A stretch of 64,000 nt of DNA, taken from positions 106,395-170,394 of the forward strand of contig CAWEJX010000017.1 in assembly GCA_963809485.1 (NCBI GenBank), read 5' to 3'. The translations under genes and the position numbers were made by a program. The notes under the pieces were generated by a model that was not told where the DNA came from, made no database searches, and worked only from the letters and a program-made list of their open reading frames with translations. This document shows positions 39,885-48,943 of this stretch, one piece after another. Source of the DNA: an uncultured Acidobacteriota bacterium (GTDB lineage Bacteria > Acidobacteriota > UBA6911). How positions within the stretch are numbered: position 1 is the first letter of the stretch; each line of letters starts with the position of its first letter.

Positions 39885-41321
39885 TCACTGCTCCATGGCC
39901 ACGCGGGCCAAATCCCCGAAAGCTTCTTTCTCCATGTCTTCCCGGAAAATGGCGCGTCCCACTTCGCCGCGCAGGCGCCGGACTTCACGGATGCCCATGG
40001 CGCCCAGCACCTCAATCAGCTGGCTGTTCCAGGCGCCCATAAGGTTGCTCATGCGCCGGGCTGCATATTCGACATCACAGGAAGCGCTTTGCACCGGGCA
40101 GAGGCCGTGCATCCGGGTTTCAGGAGGCGTCTCTTCCGTGCTCATGCCATGGGTGTCGCGGCAGACACGGCAGCCGAGGGCGACCAGCAGAGCCGTATCC
40201 ACAGCCACAAGGTCGGCGCCGCAGATGATGGCTTTGGCCATATGCTCGGCCAGATCGATTCCTCCGGAAACGATCAATGTAATTTCGTCGCGGATTCCCG
40301 CATCTACCAGGCGGCCGTGAATCTCGCGCATGGCATCTTTGATATGCCGGCCATTGACCGATTGCTCACACCCGTGCCGGCTCGCGCAGAGATGAAAAAC
40401 CTTGAATCCCTGTTGTGACAATTCGAGGATGCGGCCGGCGGTTGAGGACCGAAGCACCGTGCGGACCGAAAGAATGGCTTCCGGCGCCCCGGGCCGAATC
40501 AGGTCTGCCATTTTCGGCAAATCCGGGCAGTCCTGCAGTTGGACCATTTTGCCGATCCGGCCGCAAAGCGCCGGCAAACTCCACAGGTTGTTTTGGTCAA
40601 AAATGGGCACTACCGCCGGCATCAGATCCGGCGGCAGGCTGACGGCTTCCTGGGCGAGCACTGTCGCTACGGTGCCCAAATTTGCCGCTGCCCGCGACCG
40701 GGCATGCGCCAGCGTGACCGGGGGCACGGGCCAGGCGGGGATATCCAGAATGGCCGGGAGCGGAAGCTCGATCAGGCGCGCCGGCTGCGTGAGCATCCTG
40801 CCTTCCGGAGTGAAACTCAGACGCATTGGCTTGGATCCGACATCCACCGAGGTTGAGATGTATTCGCGCCCATGGATGCCGTCGCGTGTGGGGCGCACGA
40901 TTTCGGACATATCCGTCCATATGGAATCGAAACCGGGTCCATGGAACCTGCCCCGGTACCCTGCGCCCGAAACCGGTATCTTGCCGGACTCTGCCTGATC
41001 CCAGGTGCTGAGGATCATTTCCGGCCTGTAGTAATCGTCGCCCAATTCCAGGAATTCGGGATTGAGAGAAAGGTTCAGCAGCCCCTTGGTACAGCTTTGA
41101 ACGCAGGAAAGACAGGCTTTGCATTCATACAAGGGCTGCAAAACCGCAAACGGGTCGCGGTTGTGGGCGGATTCATGCCCGTAAACGTCGTAACAGCAGC
41201 GGGGCTTGACGCAATTGGTGCAGTGCGAGCAATCCTCACGCCAGTCTACGCTGCCGAATTTGCCAATCCTGTGGAAACGTCCCGGTGTCAAAACCGTGTG
41301 TATGTGATAGCGATCAGGCAC
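39885..41321 (-). CDS. Second, degenerate glutamate synthase FMN-domain paralog with N-terminal ferredoxin
   Basis: CSHCTNC...CKACLSCVQSC, GFDSIW, IVSGGI, AKAIICGAD, ALGCRVC, GEVGR. Lacks MSFGS, TGEGG and QGAKPG. Confidence 0.8.
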   Translation of the reverse strand: MPDRYHIHTVLTPGRFHRIGKFGSVDWREDCSHCTNCVKPRCCYDVYGHESAHNRDPFAVLQPLYECKACLSCVQSCTKGLLNLSLNPEFLELGDDYYRPEMILSTWDQAESGKIPVSGAGYRGRFHGPGFDSIWTDMSEIVRPTRDGIHGREYISTSVDVGSKPMRLSFTPEGRMLTQPARLIELPLPAILDIPAWPVPPVTLAHARSRAAANLGTVATVLAQEAVSLPPDLMPAVVPIFDQNNLWSLPALCGRIGKMVQLQDCPDLPKMADLIRPGAPEAILSVRTVLRSSTAGRILELSQQGFKVFHLCASRHGCEQSVNGRHIKDAMREIHGRLVDAGIRDEITLIVSGGIDLAEHMAKAIICGADLVAVDTALLVALGCRVCRDTHGMSTEETPPETRMHGLCPVQSASCDVEYAARRMSNLMGAWNSQLIEVLGAMGIREVRRLRGEVGRAIFREDMEKEAFGDLARVAMEQ

Positions 41322-41372
41322 CTCGATCTCCTCTTTGGGGCGGCCGCCCGCCCCCAGCTGCGGTTCAGAATT

Positions 41373-42281
41373 TCAATCCCGTAAGCCCGCCTGCTCGATG
41401 ACAGCGCCAGCCAAATGCTCACAACCGTTACTGAGAACGTGAATGCCACGGATGCCGGGCATACCTTTAAGCCTTGCCGCGATTTCGGCGGCCACGGTCA
41501 CCCCTTCCTTTTCTGGGTCTGCAGCTTTTTGGATTCGCTCGACAACCTCGTCTCCAATAGGCCCATAGGTCCGGCGCTTCTGAAGCACCTTTGCCTTCTC
41601 CGGGCTGGTAAGAGGCAATACGCTCGCAATAATGGCCGTACGCTTGTCAAAACCCGCAGACCTCACCACGTCCATCCATTGAGTGAATGCCTCAAAATCG
41701 AAGACCGCCTGGGTCAGCAGAAAATCCGCTCCCACTGAAATTTTTTTGGTCAGGCGCAGCACGTTCAGTTCCATCGGCCTCAAATAGGGATGGGCGATTG
41801 CTCCTATTTGAAGGTCCAGGCCGGGTTCAGACGGGTTCCGATAGTATCCCGCCTCCTGGAGTGCCATTCTTTTCAGCGCCTTCGTGAACTGGATCGAGTC
41901 AAAATCGTTGGCAGCGGCGGCTTGAGGGCAAATGCCGAGAGACTGATGATTCCCGCTCATGCAGAGGATGCCGGATATGCCCAGGGCCGACGCGCCCATT
42001 GCGTCGCTCAATAGGGCAATACGGTTGCGGTCGCGGGTAGCCATCGACAGGATGACACCGGAATGGCCTGCCCTGCCCAGCGCGACGGCAGCAGAAAAAG
42101 CCGAGCCGCGAATCCCATCGGGGTTATCCGCAACCACGACCGCATCCAGATTGCGCGGCAACGAATCTGAAATGCCTTGGACCGCATCGGCATCGGCGCC
42201 CGCTGGGGGCAGGTATCCCGCGGTCACAAGAAAACGCGTGGAGGAAAGAGCCTGGGAAAATCCATTACAATTGCCGGTCAT
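41373..42281 (-). CDS. metF: MetF-like flavoprotein (methylenetetrahydrofolate reductase paralog)
   Basis: PP, DNP, RDRNRIAL, KKISVGADFLLTQ.VFD, GIH motifs. Canonical E(x)xPP and GD appear as VTAGYLPP and SGNH. Confidence 0.8.
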   Translation of the reverse strand: MTGNCNGFSQALSSTRFLVTAGYLPPAGADADAVQGISDSLPRNLDAVVVADNPDGIRGSAFSAAVALGRAGHSGVILSMATRDRNRIALLSDAMGASALGISGILCMSGNHQSLGICPQAAAANDFDSIQFTKALKRMALQEAGYYRNPSEPGLDLQIGAIAHPYLRPMELNVLRLTKKISVGADFLLTQAVFDFEAFTQWMDVVRSAGFDKRTAIIASVLPLTSPEKAKVLQKRRTYGPIGDEVVERIQKAADPEKEGVTVAAEIAARLKGMPGIRGIHVLSNGCEHLAGAVIEQAGLRD

Positions 42282-42284
42282 CGG

Positions 42285-42839
42285 TTAACTCGCACCTTTC
42301 CCGGGAGAGCTTCCGGCCGGATTTTCAGAGGGCGACAACCGCAGCGGGCTCGAGCGGCTGCAATGAAACGTCTTCATGACCTGGTCGCGGATTTCGGTCA
42401 GTTGGGCATCCAATCTTTCCGCCGATGATTCGGCCGAATCGGCTTTCGCATCGCCGGCCGGAAAGGCTACGGTTGCCCCGGCGCGGCCCGGAAGATGAAA
42501 AAGCATCAGACGTTCAGCCCCAAGACCGATCTCCATGAGGATCGACCGGATAAAATCGACGCGGCGGTCGCAGCGTTTGCTGCCCTCGAGAAATGTGCAA
42601 TGCTCTTCCCGGCAGCCGACAACAGACACAATGCTAGTGCCGGATTCAAAGGCCTTCAGAACATGCTCGGGCTGCAACCGCCCGGAGCATGGAACAAGTA
42701 TCTGCTGAACCTCGACGGGCCAATGGAAATCCAGGGCCGCGGACCGGGTCGCAATACCCGAGGCCGGTTGCCGGCCTGGCTGTGCGCAGTTAGCGCACAG
42801 AAACAGTGTAATTTCAGGAGAGTTCGGGGAATGTTCCAC
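42285..42839 (-). CDS. Divergent MvhD/FlpD-like [2Fe-2S] protein
   Basis: LCANC, VPCSGR, LKAFESG, GC...C...EGS, EIGLGAERL. Confidence 0.8.
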   Translation of the reverse strand: MEHSPNSPEITLFLCANCAQPGRQPASGIATRSAALDFHWPVEVQQILVPCSGRLQPEHVLKAFESGTSIVSVVGCREEHCTFLEGSKRCDRRVDFIRSILMEIGLGAERLMLFHLPGRAGATVAFPAGDAKADSAESSAERLDAQLTEIRDQVMKTFHCSRSSPLRLSPSENPAGSSPGKGAS

Positions 42840-43026
42840 CAGTCCTCCTTGCTTTCTTGCTCAAAAAGCCGGGATCGGGGTTGCCGCCAGACTCATCGCG
42901 GGCAGCCCGATGATCCTTGAAATCTTCGCACCGGATAATCCTCAACTGGGCGCTTCGCCTCAAAGTGCACGTTGAATCGTGCATGCAGGTTTCACACAGG
43001 CCATGATATTTTGTCGTTTCGGCCAT
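42814..43026 (-). CDS. Small Cys-rich protein (GLCETC...C...C), first gene of the operon
   Basis: GAAAGGA RBS, ATG 43026, four Cys in CxxC-x5-C-x12-C. Confidence 0.6.
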   Translation of the reverse strand: MAETTKYHGLCETCMHDSTCTLRRSAQLRIIRCEDFKDHRAARDESGGNPDPGFLSKKARRTGGTFPELS

Positions 43027-43054
43027 AAAGAATCCTTTCGGAAGCGATAACTCT

Positions 43055-43070
43055 AGCAAGCGCCATGCCA
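43055..43070 (-). promoter_or_regulatory. sigma54 (-24/-12) promoter
   Basis: Minus strand TGGCATGGCGCTTGCT = GG-N10-GC, about 30 nt upstream of the operon's first ATG and directly downstream of a sigma54 activator gene. Confidence 0.85.
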
Positions 43071-43172
43071 ATTCAGGCATTCTATTGGCAATTATTTTCT
43101 CCAATATTTAAGCAAATTTATAATTATTATGAAATTAAATACCATTTTAAACTAAACCTGGCAAACTATTTC

Positions 43173-43210
43173 TGGTATTAATTATTTACCATGGAACGCT
43201 ATTTATACCA
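43173..43210. promoter_or_regulatory. Candidate upstream activator sites: tandem TGGWA-N9-TACCA palindromes
   Basis: TGGTA-ttaattatt-TACCA (43173-43191) and TGGAA-cgctattta-TACCA (43192-43210), 100-140 nt upstream of the -24 box across an AT-rich spacer. Confidence 0.55.
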
Positions 43211-43339
43211 GTCGGGATTAAAAGGCGTTTTGGGGAGATTCATTATAAAAGTAGGAACTTCGGCGTGGGTCAGCGCTTATGTCCGCGTTCGTCCGCGTTA
43301 AGAACTGAATGGATTTGCCTGAACCTGCTCGGGACAGTA

Positions 43340-45148
43340 TCAGGATAGCCCATATTTATCGAGTTTTTTACGCAGGGTAACGCGGCTTATGGAAAGCATT
43401 CTGGCCAGTTCGCGCTGACTGAATCGACCAGAATCAAGAAAGTGACGCAGGAGTGTTTCCTCCACAGTGTCCAGGAGCAAATCCCGCAGGCCAGAAGGAT
43501 TCCTTGAGGAAGCCAGAACGCGCAGAACAGCTTTGCGGAGGTCGGCCTGAGCATCGGTTTCCTGCATGGGGCTTGGATCCGCACCGGGATTCAAACGGCT
43601 GTCCAAAATCTCGTCGGGAAGCAGTTCGAGTGAGACGGTATTGTCCGGGCTCATGACCACGGCCCGCTCGATGCAGTTTTCCAGCTCGCGCACATTTCCG
43701 GGCCAGGAATAGGCCACCAGGGTGTCCAGCACATCCCGGGGGACGATCGTGACTTTGCGGTTCGCTTCGCGGTTGTATTTTTCCAGGAAATGGTCCACGA
43801 GGAGGGGAATATCCTCGCGCCGGTCTCTGAGGGGCGGCAGATGTATGGGGATGACGTTCAGCCTGTAGAGAAGGTCCTGGCGGAAACGGCCGGCGCGTAT
43901 TTCCGATCGCAGGTCCCGGCCGGTCGCAGCCACGATGCGGACGTCGACTGTCACCGTACGGCTTGATCCCACCGGCTCGAATTGTTTTTCCTGGAGCACG
44001 CGCAGAAGCTTGACCTGAAGGCGCGGGCTCATTTCACTGACTTCATCCAGGAAAAGCGTGCCCCCGTCGGCCGCCCGGAATCTTCCTTCGTAATCCCGTA
44101 CGGCTCCCGTAAATGCGCCTCTGACGTGGCCGAACAGTTCGGTTTCGAGCAAGGTTTCGGGGAGCGCCCCGCAATTCACTTTGACCAGCGGGCCGCCGGA
44201 GCGATCGCTGTTGTAATGGACAACATTTGCGATCAGCTCTTTTCCCGTGCCGGTTTCGCCCGTAATCAGCACGGATGAACGCGATTGGGCCGCGGTGGCG
44301 GCCAAACCCAACAGCCGCCGGATAGCGGCGCTGCCGCCGACGATGCTGTCGACCCTGTAGCTGCGCCTTAATTCCTCGCCGCGGCGCGTCAGGCGGTCGA
44401 CACCCCGGGCGCTGCCGGTATCCCCATCCTGCGCCGCCGATCCCTCGTCCAGGTCCAGGGGTTGCGCGACGCCGATGGCGGCGTTCCGGCCCGCGGATTT
44501 GTGCACCGTCAATGATCGTTGGCCGTTGGACAGAGAGACTTCCATTACGACCTGCGTTATGTGTCTCACTTTCGCCAGGAAAGCTTCGCTGTGAGCATCT
44601 GTCTCCACAAGCCAGTATGCCAGGGTCGAAAGATCGTACAGACGCGGGCAGAGGTGTCCAAAAAGCCTCACGACCCTGTTTTCATCGCCCCAGAGGTCCA
44701 GCATTCCGGTGAGCGAATCAAAGACGTAGTTGGCCGACTGGCCCCCGCGCGTGCCGACCTCGACAATGGCTTTTTCCAAACGGGATGGATCCGAGGGGTC
44801 GGCGATGTGAACGGGAGCATGCACACTATTGCGGGCGGGATCATCGAAAAATTTCAGAAAGACCTCATCGGAATTCCCTTTCCCCGATGAGAAACAGTCG
44901 ATCAAAAAAAAGCGTCCCGGGGTCATGAGTCCGGCATACTTCGCCGCGATCGTTTGGGGGGATCGATTGAAGCTGACGTATACAACCGGGATTTCGTCGT
45001 GTTCGCAGGCAAGTACAAAGCTGGAGATAAAATGGTCGCCGGCCACTCCCGAGTCGATTTCCCAGACAAGGTTATCACCGGCCATCACTCCGCCGATGGC
45101 CCGGTCCACTTCGGTAATGCCCGTGGTAGGCCCGTACTTGAATGCCAT
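43340..45148 (-). CDS. sigma54-dependent activator with N-terminal KaiC/RAD55-like domain
   Basis: TTGITEVDRAIGG..GDNLVW, VFDSLT (RecA/KaiC-like). GETGTGKE, GAFTGA, FLDEV, PGNVRELEN, C-terminal Fis-type HTH. Confidence 0.9.
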   Translation of the reverse strand: MAFKYGPTTGITEVDRAIGGVMAGDNLVWEIDSGVAGDHFISSFVLACEHDEIPVVYVSFNRSPQTIAAKYAGLMTPGRFFLIDCFSSGKGNSDEVFLKFFDDPARNSVHAPVHIADPSDPSRLEKAIVEVGTRGGQSANYVFDSLTGMLDLWGDENRVVRLFGHLCPRLYDLSTLAYWLVETDAHSEAFLAKVRHITQVVMEVSLSNGQRSLTVHKSAGRNAAIGVAQPLDLDEGSAAQDGDTGSARGVDRLTRRGEELRRSYRVDSIVGGSAAIRRLLGLAATAAQSRSSVLITGETGTGKELIANVVHYNSDRSGGPLVKVNCGALPETLLETELFGHVRGAFTGAVRDYEGRFRAADGGTLFLDEVSEMSPRLQVKLLRVLQEKQFEPVGSSRTVTVDVRIVAATGRDLRSEIRAGRFRQDLLYRLNVIPIHLPPLRDRREDIPLLVDHFLEKYNREANRKVTIVPRDVLDTLVAYSWPGNVRELENCIERAVVMSPDNTVSLELLPDEILDSRLNPGADPSPMQETDAQADLRKAVLRVLASSRNPSGLRDLLLDTVEETLLRHFLDSGRFSQRELARMLSISRVTLRKKLDKYGLS

Positions 45149-45215
45149 GATTTCATGTTAAGGCGGGGTTCCGTCTCCGTCAAGGATAAGAGGTCCGGTG
45201 GCCATCCGGAGGCTC

Positions 45216-46445
45216 TCAGGGACTGGATTCCATTTCTTTGAGGCGCGCGCGCACCGCGTCCGCATCATCGGCCTCGGGAGCGAACTTGAGGTAATTCCTC
45301 ATTTCCGTCATGGCGCCCGCCCTGTCATTCTTCCGGACAAGAATGCTTGCCATTAAGAGGTGGACCCTGGGAACGCGGTGCTCCGGGTCTATCAATCCGG
45401 CACGCCATGCGCGCTGTTCGGCAAGATCCATGTTGTTCAGATTGTAATTGGCGATTGCGTTCACGAGATAAGCTTCGGGAAACGACACAGAGTCCAGCAT
45501 CAGCGCTTGATCGGAAACGTCCGCCGCTTCCTGCCACTTTTTCTCAATCCCGGCGACCTGGGCAAGCCAGACATAGGGTTTTACGTATAATTTGTCGATG
45601 GCGATCGCCTGGCTGTAGGCGCTTCGGGCATCTTCCAGGCGGTTTTGCTGTTGATGCAAAAGACCGAGTAGGAACCACGCTTCCACATAGGAGGGATATA
45701 TTCCGATTGCCTCTAGCAGCAGTTTTTGCGCTTCATCATACTTTTCCTTCCGGAGAGCGTTCTTTGCCCGCTCGAAAGGCTTTCTGGCTTCCTTTGGCGC
45801 GAGCAGACTTGTAGCGCTGACCAGGCTTCCCCGAACCCGGCCGATTGGATAAAGCACAATGACGCCGACATCGTGCTGCCCTATCCCCTGCACATTGTCC
45901 AACCGCACAACGTTGGATTGATAGCCTGCAAGTTTAGCGCGCAACTCGCAACCCCTCAATCCTGAGAACACGGGTGCAGCCTCATAGCCAGACGCCGGTT
46001 TGAAATCCGATGACCCGCCGGCGGACCAATCCGTATCGATTCCCTGACTGGCGTCCGCTATATAGGTTCTTTCCTTCTCCGGACCGCCGACCTGAAACCC
46101 AAAGTGGCCGGATACGCCCACATTGCCTTCCAATCTGGTTCTGCCTTCACATTCGCGCTCAATGGCTGCCTCGGAAGGCACAGGCAATCCATCATCCATT
46201 ACAACTTTACCGATAATAAAAATGGCAGGCTGATCGGTCTGCGGAGTTTTTTTAAACTCAGGAGAAGGGAAGGTTGGCTGCGTGGATGGAGTAGTAGAAG
46301 GCGTGCTGGGTGTGTTTTTGCCGGCGCTGCCGGTATTGCTGCCGCTGCCCGACCCCTGCCCGCCCTGCTGCGCCGGCGACAGCTGGATGCTTATCGCCAG
46401 AATCAAGACCAATACCGATATTCGTAATGCACTTGGGGCTTTCAT
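45216..46445 (-). CDS. Exported TPR protein (acidobacterial type)
   Basis: Signal peptide, Gly/Pro/Thr linker, GCELRA.LAG, SATSL.APK.A, TPRs. Confidence 0.8.
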   Translation of the reverse strand: MKAPSALRISVLVLILAISIQLSPAQQGGQGSGSGSNTGSAGKNTPSTPSTTPSTQPTFPSPEFKKTPQTDQPAIFIIGKVVMDDGLPVPSEAAIERECEGRTRLEGNVGVSGHFGFQVGGPEKERTYIADASQGIDTDWSAGGSSDFKPASGYEAAPVFSGLRGCELRAKLAGYQSNVVRLDNVQGIGQHDVGVIVLYPIGRVRGSLVSATSLLAPKEARKPFERAKNALRKEKYDEAQKLLLEAIGIYPSYVEAWFLLGLLHQQQNRLEDARSAYSQAIAIDKLYVKPYVWLAQVAGIEKKWQEAADVSDQALMLDSVSFPEAYLVNAIANYNLNNMDLAEQRAWRAGLIDPEHRVPRVHLLMASILVRKNDRAGAMTEMRNYLKFAPEADDADAVRARLKEMESSP

Positions 46446-46638
46446 GGCAGAGTCCTCATATTTAAAGAACAGGACAACAGGGAGGAACGGGACAACAACC
46501 TACGAGCCCAACTAATGCAGCAGATCCATTGAATACACTATACTCCCAAAACTCCTGAAATGCATGACCCATATGAAGAGGTTCCGGCAGGGGAATGCCG
46601 GAACCCGAAGATTCCTATACGCCCGGAGGGAAGAAAGG

Positions 46639-47920
46639 CTAACGGGTGATGCGTATCAGCCAGTAATTCTTGCGGCCTCGACGCAGCACCAGAAACTGGC
46701 CATCAATAACATCAGCCGGCTTTATTTTGAACGCGGACTCAGCGACGCGGCGATTATTCAGATAAATTCCACCTGCCTCAACCGCGCGGCGAGCTTCGCC
46801 CTTGGATGGCACAATCCCGCATTCCGTCAGGAGATCGGGAAGGGCCAATCCCTCCCCCTGAAGGCGATCCATGGGATATTTCGCCCGAAGGAACATCGGC
46901 AAAGAGGTCCGCCACTTCAGCCGCCGAAAGGCCAGTGACCTCGCCTCCGAACAGGACCTGGGAAGCCTGTTCCGCGCTACGGAGCGCCGTTTCATCATGG
47001 ACCGTCCGCGTCATCTCGCACGCAAGACGGCGCTGGGCTTCGCGCTGTTCCGGCTTCTGTGCCACGGCAGCCTCGAGTTCCTGCACCTCATCCGCCCCGA
47101 GCCAGGTGAAGAACTTCAAATAGCTGACCACATCCCGGTCGTCGGTGTTTAGCCAGAACTGATAGAAGCGGTACGGCGAGGTGCGCTCAGGAGAAAGCCA
47201 AACGGCGCCTGATTCCGTCTTGCCGAACTTGGTGCCATCCGCTTTGGTGATCAGAGGATATACCAGGGCGCCCGCAGGCTTGCCCCTCATGCGGCGGATC
47301 AACTCCACGCCTGCCGTGATGTTGCCCCACTGGTCGCTCCCGCCGGCCTGCAGGGTGCAGTTATAGTGATCGAACAAATGCAGAAAGTCGTACGACTGAA
47401 GCAGCATGTAGCTGAACTCGGTAAAGGAAATCCCGTCCTCACGGTCGAGGCGCAGCTTGACGGAGTCCTTGCTGATCATGTAATTCACGGTGAAATGCTT
47501 GCCGATATCGCGCAGAAAATCTACCAGGTTGAGCGACAGGAGCCAATCGGCATTATTCACCAGGATCGCCGGATTCTTTTGACTCTCAAAATCGAGAAAA
47601 TGGGCGAGCTGCTGTTTGATGGCCTCGATATTGGCCTCGATTGTCTCGCGTGACAAAAGCTGGCGTTCGGATGCCCTGCCGCTGGGATCGCCGATCATGC
47701 TTGTCCCCCCTCCGGCAACGGGGATGGGCGTATGTCCGTAGCGCTGTAAGCGGGCGAGAGTTATCAGCGGGACCATATGTCCCACATGCAGGCTGTCGGC
47801 CGTCGCGTCAAAGCCGGTGTATACCGTCACCTGGCCGCCGGCAAGCATCTCCGGCACGCTTTCCGTAGAGTCATATACCAGTCCCCGCCACTTGAGTTCA
47901 TCAAATGCGCTCGGCGCCAT
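46639..47920 (-). CDS. tyrS: Tyrosine--tRNA ligase, apparent frameshift near 46870
   Basis: [13 protein letters not shown] (HIGH), [13 protein letters not shown] (KMSKS). The S4 domain (SKGEARR...LRRGRKNY) is in a shifted frame. Confidence 0.95.
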
Positions 47921-48061
47921 AAACTTTCCCTCCAATAGAAAAATGGCGGCAGGCGCGCATTTTCCCCATTTGCGAAATGAGTGCCTGTCGCCATTTTCCC
48001 TGTTAGTATAGCATCAGTCAGTCGTCTTCCGGCTGGCCTAATAAGAAAGGGGAAAATCACA

Positions 48062-48943
48062 ATGGTGCGCTTAGCCCTGACCATCCTTATACTCGCTGTC
48101 ACTTCGCCGTCATTGCTGCGGGCGCAGCAGAATTCGCCGCAAATCACCACCGTGCCCGTAGCCGGACCGATATTCATGCTTCAGGGCGGCGGCGGCAATA
48201 TCGGCGTGATCACCGATGCCGCAGGACTCTTCATCATCGACAGCATGGATGAACGATCCGCCGATCAGATACGCGCGGCGCTCAAGGCTCTGCCCGGCGG
48301 CCAGAGGACCCGAATTCTGATCGACACGCACTGGCACAGTGACCACACGGATGGCAACAAGGTTTTTGGGCCCGAGGCCGTCATCATCTCACAACAGAAT
48401 GTCCGATCGCTCCTGGCCAAATCTCAAAATATGGGGGGACAGCAGACCAAGCCTTTGCCTCCCGGCACTCTCCCCATCGTAACGTTTTCGGACAAGCTGA
48501 TGCTCTATGCGGGAGATGAGACGGTGCGGCTGGTCCATTACGCAAATGCGCATACGGACGGAGACACGGTGGTCTTCATGGACCGGTCCAAAGTAGTCCA
48601 CATGGGGGACATGTTTTTTAACGGTTTGTTCCCGTATCTGGATGTGGCCAATGGCGGCGATATCGATAACTGGGTCCGGCAGCTGGACGCCATACTTTCG
48701 GAACTGCCCGAGGGCGTGAAAATCATTCCCGGGCATGGCCCCGTGGCCGGCATATCCGATCTCAAAGCATTCCGGCAGATGCTCTACGATTCAGCGGAAA
48801 CGGTTCGGAAACAGATGAAGGAAGGGAAAATTCTGGAGCAGATCAAAGCCGCCGGCCTGCCCGAGCGTTTCGCTCCATGGACTGGAGGGTTCCTAACAAC
48901 GCCGCAGTGGCTGGAACTCGTTTACCGCAGTCTTGAAAAATAA
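48062..48943 (+). CDS. Exported MBL-fold metallo-hydrolase (cyclase-like)
   Basis: Signal peptide, GGNIG, THWHSDHT.GN, AHTDGD, HMGD, IPGHG. Confidence 0.88.
   Translation: MVRLALTILILAVTSPSLLRAQQNSPQITTVPVAGPIFMLQGGGGNIGVITDAAGLFIIDSMDERSADQIRAALKALPGGQRTRILIDTHWHSDHTDGNKVFGPEAVIISQQNVRSLLAKSQNMGGQQTKPLPPGTLPIVTFSDKLMLYAGDETVRLVHYANAHTDGDTVVFMDRSKVVHMGDMFFNGLFPYLDVANGGDIDNWVRQLDAILSELPEGVKIIPGHGPVAGISDLKAFRQMLYDSAETVRKQMKEGKILEQIKAAGLPERFAPWTGGFLTTPQWLELVYRSLEK

Noticed and set aside
46840-46890. Programmed frameshifting in tyrS and the other split genes
   Set aside because: No slippery heptamer; several unrelated genes are affected, so sequencing error is more parsimonious.
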